Below are positions 8,734 through 15,371 of a DNA stretch of 32,000 bases, piece by piece. Made by a program: the position numbers and the translations under genes. Every line of letters starts with the position of its first letter. Within the stretch, counting starts at the first letter, position 1. A model generated the notes under the pieces. The model had not been told where the DNA came from, did not search any database, and was given only the letters and a program-made list of their open reading frames with translations. Source of the stretch: an uncultured Actinomycetes bacterium (GTDB lineage Bacteria > Actinomycetota > Actinomycetes > S36-B12 > CAIYMF01); contig CAWJMG010000001.1 in NCBI GenBank assembly GCA_963843975.1, positions 450,001 to 482,000 of the forward strand, read 5' to 3'.

Positions 8734-9231
8734 TCAGATCGCCTCGTCGAGCAGGGCGGACCGCGTACGACGGAGGTCGACCTCCACCCGTCCGCTCGGC
8801 GCGTAGGACTGGGGGGACTCGCTGGCGCCGTCGAGACCCGCGAGCACGGCCTCGGTGGCGCGCGACGCGGCGATCGTCAGCTCCTTGTTGGCGTCGGCGG
8901 AGTGCTGGATGCGCGCGGACAGGGTGATGAAGGCGGAGTGGTGCTCCTCGAGCACGTAGCCCCAGGGCTCCGGGGCCTTCTCGGCGAGGGCGCGCAGGCT
9001 CGGGTCAGGGTCGAGGCCGAGCATCACGGCGGCGAGCTCGAACTCGACGGCGCGCTCGAGCTCGATGCTGCCGACGCGCTCGAGGACGGCCTCGATCTCG
9101 CGGCTCGCGCGCGGCAGCCACTCGGCGTCCCCGGAGACGAGCAGGAGGTTCTGCTCGTGCAGCTTGAACAGCAGGGTGTCGAGCAGGTCGCGCTCACGCC
9201 AGAGCAGGCGGGACAGCTGCGCGAAGTCCAT
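8734..9231 (-). CDS. flgN: FlgN-family flagellar export chaperone
   Basis: 165-aa helical protein (MDFAQLSRLLWRERDLLDTLLFKLHEQNLLLVSGDAEWL...) in the flgN position directly upstream of flgK. ATG 9231 is preceded by AGGAGG eight nt upstream. The 182-aa version would start inside the leader. Confidence 0.75.
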   Translation of the reverse strand: MDFAQLSRLLWRERDLLDTLLFKLHEQNLLLVSGDAEWLPRASREIEAVLERVGSIELERAVEFELAAVMLGLDPDPSLRALAEKAPEPWGYVLEEHHSAFITLSARIQHSADANKELTIAASRATEAVLAGLDGASESPQSYAPSGRVEVDLRRTRSALLDEAI

Positions 9232-9296
9232 CACGTGGACCTCCTGTCGGGGTTCAGCCGGTGTGCCGGTGCCAGGTCCCACGACCTGACGAGACC

Positions 9297-9325
9297 CCTA
9301 TCGGGGTCCGGCGGCGGGATCTGAG
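9297..9325 (-). promoter_or_regulatory. Candidate FliA-class promoter of the flgN-flgK-flgL-fliW-csrA operon
   Basis: The minus strand reads CTCAG (9325-9321), a 16-nt spacer, then CCGATAGGG (9304-9296). It sits about 65 nt upstream of the flgN ATG. Confidence 0.55.
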
Positions 9326-9613
9326 GTGTTTGCGCTCCGTGTCCGCGAAGAGTCGCCACCGATGCACGCGGAGTGATGACACGGGCCCCGGCACGCATGT
9401 ACGGGTCCTGCAAACTCTCGGCCCGCTCTCCGATGTCGCAGCGGGGCCTCATCAGACCCACCGCCACCTCTCGTAGACCCTTGGTACGGGCACGGGTGCT
9501 CACGGTTGCTCACCAAAACCCCGTGTCGGCGTTGAGGTTCAGGAGTTGCCCACCTCGCTGAAGCGAGCCTCAGATCCGAGGCTTCTGAACGCCGGATCAG
9601 CAACTCTCTCCTC

Positions 9614-10477
9614 ATGACCGCGCTTGCAACCGACACCCGCGACAACCACGAGCTCATCACGACGCACATGCCGCTCGTCGGCTACATCGTCCGTGAGATC
9701 GCCGTCCGCCTGCCCCGCCACGTCGACCTCGGCGACCTGCACTCCGCCGGCCTCCTCGGCCTGGTGCAGGCGGCCCGCGGGTTCGACGAGTCGCGCGGCG
9801 TCCCCTTCAAGCGCTACGCCAGCACCCGCATCCGCGGCTCCATCGTCGACGAGCTGCGCAGCCGCTCGTGGGCCAGCCGGTCGGTGCGCCAGGCCGGCCG
9901 CCAGCAGGCCGAGGCCGTCGAGGCCCTGTCCGCCATCCTCGGGCGCACGCCGACGCAGGCGGAGGTCGCCGAGCACCTCGGTGTCACGACCGCCGAGCTC
10001 GACGCCGTGCAGGACGACCTTCACCGCACGACCGTCCTCTCCCTCGACGCGGCCCCGAGCCCCGAGGCCATGGAGGCCGCTCTCCCCCACGACGAGATCA
10101 GCCCCGAGGGCGAGCTCCTGCGCTCCGAGGAGCACCGCTACTTGCACGCCGCCGTCGCCCAGCTCCCCGAGCGCCTGGCGACCGTCGTGACCATGTACTA
10201 CCTGCAGGGCCGCCCGATGGCCGACATCGCCGAGGTTCTCGACGTCACCGAGAGCCGCGTCTCGCAGATGCGCGCCGAGGCGCTCGTGCTCATCAAGGAC
10301 GGCATGAACAGCGCCCTGGACCCGGAGCGGGTCGAGGAGTCCGAGCGCCCCGGCGGCTGCGTCGACCGTCGTCGTACGGCGTACTTCGCCGCCGTCGCCC
10401 AGGCCGGCCAGCTGCGCAAGGTCACCGCTGGCACCTCCGTGCCCGCGGCGCGTGCTGCTGTCTACGCGACTGCCTGA
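9614..10477 (+). CDS. fliA: FliA/WhiG-family (sigma-28 class) RNA polymerase sigma factor
   Basis: Region 2 is HMPLVGYIVREIAVRLPRHVDLGDLHSAGLLGLVQAARGFDESRGVPFKRYASTRIRGSIVDELR. Region 4.2 is MADIAEVLDVTESRVSQMRAEAL. It lies between the flagellar operons. There is a tail of about 52 aa after region 4. Confidence 0.9.
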   Translation: MTALATDTRDNHELITTHMPLVGYIVREIAVRLPRHVDLGDLHSAGLLGLVQAARGFDESRGVPFKRYASTRIRGSIVDELRSRSWASRSVRQAGRQQAEAVEALSAILGRTPTQAEVAEHLGVTTAELDAVQDDLHRTTVLSLDAAPSPEAMEAALPHDEISPEGELLRSEEHRYLHAAVAQLPERLATVVTMYYLQGRPMADIAEVLDVTESRVSQMRAEALVLIKDGMNSALDPERVEESERPGGCVDRRRTAYFAAVAQAGQLRKVTAGTSVPAARAAVYATA

Positions 10478-10505
10478 ACCAGCAACAACTTCTCTCCGAA
10501 AACAT

Positions 10506-10535
10506 CTCAGCCCCAAGCCCCCGGCACCGATGAGG
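10506..10535 (+). promoter_or_regulatory. Candidate FliA-class promoter of flagellin
   Basis: CTCAG (10506-10510), a 16-nt spacer, then CCGATGAGG (10527-10535). It sits 56 nt upstream of the fliC ATG. Confidence 0.6.
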
Positions 10536-10543
10536 TAGCCGTA

Positions 10544-10585
10544 GCCCACGGACGGGCTTGCAACTCACCCAACTGACAAGGATGA
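10544..10585 (+). promoter_or_regulatory. Flagellin mRNA leader with two CsrA-type GGA sites, one in a hairpin loop and one overlapping the Shine-Dalgarno
   Basis: The hairpin GCCC-ACGGAC-GGGC (10544-10557) presents GGA in its loop. ACAAGGAUGA (10576-10585) matches the CsrA SELEX core ACARGGAUGU and contains the SD AAGGA eight nt before ATG 10591. Confidence 0.55.
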
Positions 10586-10590
10586 AGACA

Positions 10591-11382
10591 ATGGGTCTCC
10601 GCATCAACCAGAACATCGAGGCGCTCAACGCCTACCGCAACCTCTCGGCCACGTCCGGCCAGATGAGCAAGTCGCTCGAGAAGCTCTCGAGCGGTTTCCG
10701 CATCAACCGTGCCGCGGACGACGCTGCCGGCCTCGCGATCTCCGAGGGCCTGCGCTCGCAGGTCGGCGGGCTCAAGATGGCCGTCCGCAACGCTCAGGAC
10801 GGCGTCAGCCTCGTGCAGACCGCTGAAGGCGCCCTCGGCGAGGTCCACTCCATGCTCCAGCGCATGAACGAGCTGGGCGTGCAGTACAACAACGGTGTCA
10901 ACAACACCGACTCGAAGTCCGCTCTGAAGAACGAGTTCGACACCCTGAAGACCGAGATCGGCCGCATCACCGACAACACCTCGTTCAACGGCGTCAAGCT
11001 GTTCGACTCGGCCAACAGCCCGCTGTCGTTCCAGGTCGGCTACGCGTCGTCCGACAAGATCGACGTCAAGCTCGAGACCGTCGACGTCAGCAAGCTGGAC
11101 ATCGCCTCGACCACGGTCGCCGACGACGTCCAGGGCGCCATCACCGGCATCTCGACCTCGCGTGGCAACCTCGGTGCGGTCCAGAACCGCTTCGAGCACA
11201 CCATCAACAACCTCAACGTCGCGGTGGAGAACCTGTCCGCGTCGGAGAGCCGGATCCGCGACACCGACATGGCGTCGGAGATGGTGAACTTCACCCGCTC
11301 GCAGATCCTGAGCCAGGCCGGCACGTCCATGCTCTCGCAGGCCACCCAGGCCCCGCAGAGCGTGCTCAAGCTCCTCGGCTGA
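10591..11382 (+). CDS. fliC: Flagellin (short form, D0/D1 only)
   Basis: It has the N-terminus MGLRINQNIEALNAYRNLSATSGQMSKSLEKLSSGFRINRAADDAAGLAISEGLRSQ and the C-terminus LGAVQNRFEHTINNLNVAVENLSASESRIRDTDMASEMVNFTRSQILSQAGTSMLSQA. I chose ATG 10591 rather than TTG 10558 because of the SD and the canonical MGLRIN start. Confidence 0.95.
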   Translation: MGLRINQNIEALNAYRNLSATSGQMSKSLEKLSSGFRINRAADDAAGLAISEGLRSQVGGLKMAVRNAQDGVSLVQTAEGALGEVHSMLQRMNELGVQYNNGVNNTDSKSALKNEFDTLKTEIGRITDNTSFNGVKLFDSANSPLSFQVGYASSDKIDVKLETVDVSKLDIASTTVADDVQGAITGISTSRGNLGAVQNRFEHTINNLNVAVENLSASESRIRDTDMASEMVNFTRSQILSQAGTSMLSQATQAPQSVLKLLG

Positions 11383-11403
11383 GTTAGCTAGGCAAGCGCA
11401 GAT

Positions 11404-11438
11404 GTGTGGGGGCGTCCCGGTTCGGGGCGCCCCCACAC
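11404..11438 (+). terminator. Strong GC hairpin after fliC (intrinsic terminator or attenuator before fliD)
   Basis: GTGTGGGGGCG (11404-11414) pairs perfectly with CGCCCCCACAC (11428-11438), plus 4-5 inner pairs. It begins 22 nt after the fliC stop. Confidence 0.6.
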
Positions 11439-11491
11439 GTCGATCCGGCACCTGGGCCGGCAAGGGATCGACGAGACGAAGGAGCTGACCC

Positions 11492-12850
11492 GTGGCGAAC
11501 GCGATCGACGGCATCGGCACCATCAACGTGGCGCAGCTCGTGAGCTCGCTCATGAGCGTCGAGGGCGGTCAGCAGAAGCTCCTGCAGACCAAGCAGACCA
11601 AGGAGCAGACGGCGCTCACCGCGCTGCAGTCGCTCAACACCCAGACCCTTGCCATCCGCACAGCCGCCGAGAGCGTCATCGGCAGCGTCATCTCGCCGCG
11701 GGCCTGGAACAACACGACCGCGAGCTCCTCGACCGCGTCGGTCGCCGCCTCCTCGGTCGCCACCGCCCAGTCCGGCGAGCTGTCCTTCGACGTGACGTCG
11801 GTCGCCGCGACGCATCGCGTCCTCGTGGGTGCCCCGGTCCCCTCGGCGCAGACGCTGTCGAACGGCACGGTCACCTTCACATCGGTCGACGGCTCGGTCT
11901 CGAGCGTCGACCTCTCGAGCGCCAGCACCATCACCGACGTCGTCGCCGCGATCAATGCCGCCGGCATCAGCGGTGTCAACGCGATGGCCGTCCAGGTGAG
12001 CCCCGGCCTGTTCCGCCTCGGCCTCAACGCCAACAAGTCCGGTGCCGCCGGCGCCTTCACCGTGTCCGGCCTGGAGTCCTCGCTCGGCGCCACGACCGTC
12101 GTGAGCACGGGCAAGGACGCGTCGATCAAGATCGGTCCCGCGGACGCCGACGTCGTCACCTCGCCGACCAACACGTTCATCGACGTCTCGCCCGGCCTCA
12201 CCTTCACCGTCTCCAAGCCCGAGACAGGCGTCACGGTCTCCGTCGGGCGCGACACGGCGGGCATGACCAAGCAGGTCCAGTCGATCGTCGACGCCGTGAA
12301 CGCGACGCTCGGCACGATCTCGGCGAAGACGACGTACAACGCCAGCACCAAGAGCGGCGGGCCGCTGCTCGGCGACCAGCTCCCCGTGCGCCTGTCAGGA
12401 GCACTGGCCACCGCCACCCTCGGCGGCGGAACCCTTGCGCAGTACGGCATCCAGCTCGACCGCACCGGCCAACTCGTGTTCGACAGCGCGACGTTCCAGG
12501 GCTCCCTCGCGAGCGATCCCGCCGGGACCAGCAAGGCCATCGCAGACTTCGCCACCCGCGTCGGATCCGTCGCCAAGAGCGCGACCGAGTACGGCACGGG
12601 GTGGATCACCACCGCGATCAGCAACCGGCAGTCGCGCATCACGGACCTGGGGAAGACCATCAGCGACTGGGACTCGCGCCTCGCGGCGCAGAAGTCGGCC
12701 CTCACGACGCAGTTCGCGTCGCTCAACGCCCAGCTCACCAAGATGAACAACCAGGCCTCCTGGCTGTCGTCGCAGCTGGGCTCCACATCCAGCAGCAAGT
12801 CGAGCGGCAGCGGCGTGAGCACGTCCAACACAGCCAGCTCGAGCGGCTGA
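11492..12850 (+). CDS. fliD: Flagellar filament cap protein FliD (HAP2)
   Basis: GTG start with GAAGGAG seven nt upstream. The N-terminus is IDGIGTINVAQLVSSLMSVEGGQQKLLQTKQTKEQTALTALQSLNT and the C-terminus is RITDLGKTISDWDSRLAAQKSALTTQFASLNAQLTKMNNQASWLSSQL. Confidence 0.9.
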   Translation: MANAIDGIGTINVAQLVSSLMSVEGGQQKLLQTKQTKEQTALTALQSLNTQTLAIRTAAESVIGSVISPRAWNNTTASSSTASVAASSVATAQSGELSFDVTSVAATHRVLVGAPVPSAQTLSNGTVTFTSVDGSVSSVDLSSASTITDVVAAINAAGISGVNAMAVQVSPGLFRLGLNANKSGAAGAFTVSGLESSLGATTVVSTGKDASIKIGPADADVVTSPTNTFIDVSPGLTFTVSKPETGVTVSVGRDTAGMTKQVQSIVDAVNATLGTISAKTTYNASTKSGGPLLGDQLPVRLSGALATATLGGGTLAQYGIQLDRTGQLVFDSATFQGSLASDPAGTSKAIADFATRVGSVAKSATEYGTGWITTAISNRQSRITDLGKTISDWDSRLAAQKSALTTQFASLNAQLTKMNNQASWLSSQLGSTSSSKSSGSGVSTSNTASSSG

Positions 12851-12866
12851 CAGGTCAGGAGAGACG

Positions 12867-13355
12867 ATGAACCCCCGCCCCGGCGTGGCCTCGGCCTACA
12901 CCGCCAACTCGCTGACGACCGCGTCGCCGCAGAAGCTCATCGTGCTGCTGTACGAGCGGCTCGTGCTCGACCTCGTCCGTGCCGAGGACGACATCCGCAA
13001 CGGCCGTTCCCCGCACCAGCAGCTCATCCACGCGCAGGACATCGTGATGGAGCTGCTCGGCTCGCTGAAGCCGGAGCTGTGGAGCGGCGCCACCGGCCTC
13101 ACCAACCTCTACACGTTCCTCCACACCGAGCTGGTCAGCGCGAACGTCCGCCGCGACGCCGACAAGGTCGTGTCGTGCCGCGAGCTCGTCGAGCCGCTGC
13201 TCGACGCGTGGCGCCAGGCGTACGAGAGCACCCTCGCGGCGGCGGCGACCGCCGGCAGCGCAGCCGCGCTCGCCGCAGCCTCCGCGAGCGGCAGCGTCGT
13301 CGACCTCGCCGGCGGCGCGCCCGCCGCCCGTCAACCTCTCTCGGTCACGGCCTGA
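12867..13355 (+). CDS. fliS: Flagellin-specific chaperone FliS
   Basis: AYTANSLTTASPQKLIVLLYERLVLDLVRAEDDI...HAQDIVMELLGSLKPE...LTNLYTFLHTELVSANVRRDADKVVSCRELVEPLLDAWRQAY fits the FliS four-helix pattern. AGGAGAG serves as the RBS. Confidence 0.9.
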   Translation: MNPRPGVASAYTANSLTTASPQKLIVLLYERLVLDLVRAEDDIRNGRSPHQQLIHAQDIVMELLGSLKPELWSGATGLTNLYTFLHTELVSANVRRDADKVVSCRELVEPLLDAWRQAYESTLAAAATAGSAAALAAASASGSVVDLAGGAPAARQPLSVTA

Positions 13356-13356
13356 C

Positions 13357-13674
13357 ATGCCGACCACCACGCTCGTGAGCTGGCCCGAGGCCCTCGACCT
13401 GCTCGAGGCCGAGCTCGTGACGGTGGAGGCCGCACTCGCCTCCGGCCACGTGCTCGACCTCCCCGCTGACCTGTGGACGCCTCCGCAGGTGCTGACGCGC
13501 ATCCCGCAGCACCTCGTGCTGCGCGCGGTGGACCTGCTCACGCGCCAGGACGTCGTCCTCGCGCAGCTGCACGACTCGGTCGCCGAGGCGCGGGCCGAGC
13601 TGGCGTACGTGGCCTCGGTGGACGACGACCACACCGAGCGTCCGGCCCCCGCCTTCTTCGACGCCGCCCTCTAG
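13357..13674 (+). CDS. Hypothetical helical protein in the FliT position (possible FliD chaperone analogue)
   Basis: ATG 13357 lies one nt after the fliS stop, which suggests translational coupling. GC3 is high and the 105-aa product is predicted helical. The functional call rests on synteny only (fliD-fliS-fliT order). Confidence 0.6.
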   Translation: MPTTTLVSWPEALDLLEAELVTVEAALASGHVLDLPADLWTPPQVLTRIPQHLVLRAVDLLTRQDVVLAQLHDSVAEARAELAYVASVDDDHTERPAPAFFDAAL

Positions 13675-13697
13675 CCCCCCCCCCCGCGTGACCGGGG

Positions 13698-14678
13698 TCA
13701 GCGGCCAAAGCGCGCGGCCAGCGAGGCCTTGAGCGCCTGGGTGCGCGCCGGCCGGTGGAACGCGCGAGCCTCGGCGGTTAGCGCAGCCACCTCGTCGGCG
13801 GCGAGGTCGATGTCGGCGGCGGCGGCGTTCTTCTCGAGCTGCTCGACGCTCGACGCCCCAGGGATGGCGATCACGTTCGGCTGGTGCAGCAGCCACGCCA
13901 GCGCCGTCTGCGACATCGTCACGTCGTGCGCCTCGGCGACGTCGCGCAGCGTGCCGAGCAGGCCACGAGCGCTCTCGAGCTTCTCCGGCAGGAAGAGCGG
14001 GTTCATGTTCCTGACCCCGTTGGCCGGGCGGTTGTCGGCGTCGTACCGGCCCGAGAGGAACCCCTGCCCCAGGGGGCTCCACGCGATGACGACGCGGCCG
14101 ACCGATGCGGCGTACGGCACGAGATCGTCGAGCGGGTCCATGTGCGCGAGCGAGAACTCCACCTGGTTCGACAGCACCGGGCTCCCGAGCTGGCGCTCGG
14201 CGTCCTTCCACCGGCCGAGCGAGTAGTTGCTGACGCCGACGTCGGCGACGAGGCCGGCGGCCTGAAGCTGCCGCATGCCCGGCATGGTCTGCGAGTCCTT
14301 GACCACCGGGTTGGGCTGGTGCACCTGGTAGAGGTCGATGGTGCTGACGCCGAGACGCTCGGCGCTCGCCCTGCCCCGGTTCACGACGACCGGCGCGATC
14401 GGGAAGATCGGGAAGATCTTGGTCGCGACGTAGACCTTGTCGCGCAACCTGTGCTCGCGCAGGGCGTTGCCCACGATGCGCTCGCTCTCGCCGAAGCCGT
14501 ACGCCTCGGCGGTGTCGATGACCGTGATACCCAGCTCGACCGCGCGGGCGACGATGCGCCCCGCCTCGCCGGAGGAGAACTCGTCGCCGTACCCCCACTC
14601 GCGGGAGCCGAACTGCCAGGTGCCCAGACCGATCCGGGACAGCGGCTTGGCGCTGGGGACGCCCTCCAGGTAGCGCAT
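13698..14678 (-). CDS. Aldo/keto reductase family oxidoreductase
   Basis: 326 aa from ATG 14678, with GAAGGAGGA upstream. AKR signatures are present: LGTWQFGS...GITVIDTAEAYGFGESERIVG...IDLYQVHQPNP...VGVSNYS...VIAWSPLGQGFLSGRY...IAIPGASSVEQLEKN. The 458-aa ORF prefix is Arg-rich read-through and not part of the gene. Confidence 0.9.
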   Translation of the reverse strand: MRYLEGVPSAKPLSRIGLGTWQFGSREWGYGDEFSSGEAGRIVARAVELGITVIDTAEAYGFGESERIVGNALREHRLRDKVYVATKIFPIFPIAPVVVNRGRASAERLGVSTIDLYQVHQPNPVVKDSQTMPGMRQLQAAGLVADVGVSNYSLGRWKDAERQLGSPVLSNQVEFSLAHMDPLDDLVPYAASVGRVVIAWSPLGQGFLSGRYDADNRPANGVRNMNPLFLPEKLESARGLLGTLRDVAEAHDVTMSQTALAWLLHQPNVIAIPGASSVEQLEKNAAAADIDLAADEVAALTAEARAFHRPARTQALKASLAARFGR

Positions 14679-14754
14679 GCGGGTCCTCCTTCGACGACGT
14701 GGTCCCCACTCTCCCCCGCGGACGCCGACGCCGCAGAACCGGGGGTGCACGCGA

Positions 14755-14788
14755 GAGGAGGCCGGAGGGTGAACCCTCCGGCCTCCTC
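14755..14788 (-). terminator. Perfect 15-bp GC hairpin ending the chemotaxis operon
   Basis: GAGGAGGCCGGAGGG (14755-14769), loop TGAA, then CCCTCCGGCCTCCTC (14774-14788). It lies 73 nt downstream of the stop at 14861 and upstream of the AKR gene. Confidence 0.7.
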
Positions 14789-14860
14789 GGCACGACCCCG
14801 CGGGACGGTGCGGAGCCGACCAGGCTGCGGGGGCAGCCCGGGACTCGCGTGCGCCCGGTG

Positions 14861-15349
14861 TCAGGCGCGGCGCACGATCGACAGCGACCCGGTGCCGTAG
14901 CCGGCGATCGTCACCGACAGGTCGAGCCGACGGCCGAGACCGCGCGCGAGCTCGAGCACGTCGGCCGCCGGAGCTTCCCCGGGAGGGAACGACTCGTACA
15001 GGCGGACGTGCGGGGTGTCGTCGTGGTTGAGCAGCGAGATGCCGATGCTCAGCATCTCGGCGAAGTTCTCCCACATGGCGCCGTCGACGGTGCCGAGGCC
15101 GATGGCGTCCTGCGCGCCGCCGAGCGGCAGCAGGCCGAGCGCGGCACCGGCGTACGCCGCCAGCGGGACGTCGGCGACGACGACCGCCGACAAGGTGAGG
15201 TTGTCCTCGACGTACACGCCGACGGCGGCCCAGCTCGACACCGTCGGGGCGACGGGCTGACCGGGGGCCACCTCGACGCCACGGCCGAGCAGGCCCTCGA
15301 ACATGTCGCGGACGTCCTTGGGGTGGGGCAGAAGGACGGTGGTGCTCAT
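14861..15349 (-). CDS. Hypothetical protein, last gene of the che operon; possibly a degenerate CheX/CheC-fold paralogue
   Basis: AAGGAG lies seven nt upstream of ATG 15349 and GC3 is high. The N-terminus KDVRDMFEGLLGRGVEVAPGQPV resembles the CheX start. The segment MWENFAEMLSIGISLL occupies the position of the E-x2-N phosphatase motif but reads E-x2-S. Confidence 0.6.
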   Translation of the reverse strand: MSTTVLLPHPKDVRDMFEGLLGRGVEVAPGQPVAPTVSSWAAVGVYVEDNLTLSAVVVADVPLAAYAGAALGLLPLGGAQDAIGLGTVDGAMWENFAEMLSIGISLLNHDDTPHVRLYESFPPGEAPAADVLELARGLGRRLDLSVTIAGYGTGSLSIVRRA

Positions 15350-15371
15350 GGACTACTCCTTACGGCGGCGC

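Noticed and set aside
9231-9503. 90-aa minus-strand ORF in the FlgM position, whose stop overlaps the flgN ATG (TGATG)
   Set aside because: Its size and position are tempting. However, GC3 is only about 75 percent against about 95 percent in the neighbouring genes. The product is Arg-rich and lacks the amphipathic C-terminal helices of FlgM. The ORF also contains the flgN promoter motif and RBS. I would reverse this call on an FlgM HMM hit or evidence of translation.
9569-9597. Possible fifth promoter copy upstream of the sigma gene (CTCAG ... CCGGAT)
   Set aside because: The spacing is 18-19 nt, not 16, and the downstream element is CCGGAT rather than CCGAT. A start from it would also leave almost no leader. 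It is not counted as a match.
9298-9669. 123-aa minus-strand ORF preceded by GAGGAGAGAG
   Set aside because: The apparent RBS is just the complement of the pyrimidine tract before the sigma ATG. The ORF has many A/T-ending codons and overlaps the sigma gene start.
10558-10590. TTG 10558 as the flagellin start (274-aa ORF)
   Set aside because: The canonical flagellin N-terminus MGLRINQN begins at ATG 10591 with AAGGA eight nt upstream. The extra 11 residues would cover the leader hairpin and the SD.
13698-15074. Long N-terminal extensions of real genes in the ORF track (AKR 458 aa, fliW 378 aa, cheY 470 aa, cheR 537 aa, ACAD 426 aa, cheA 774 aa, CoA-binding 346 aa)
   Set aside because: The extensions are Arg/Pro/Gly-rich read-through that overlaps upstream genes. 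Internal ATG or GTG codons with good RBS sequences coincide with the start of family homology, so I used the shorter coordinates.
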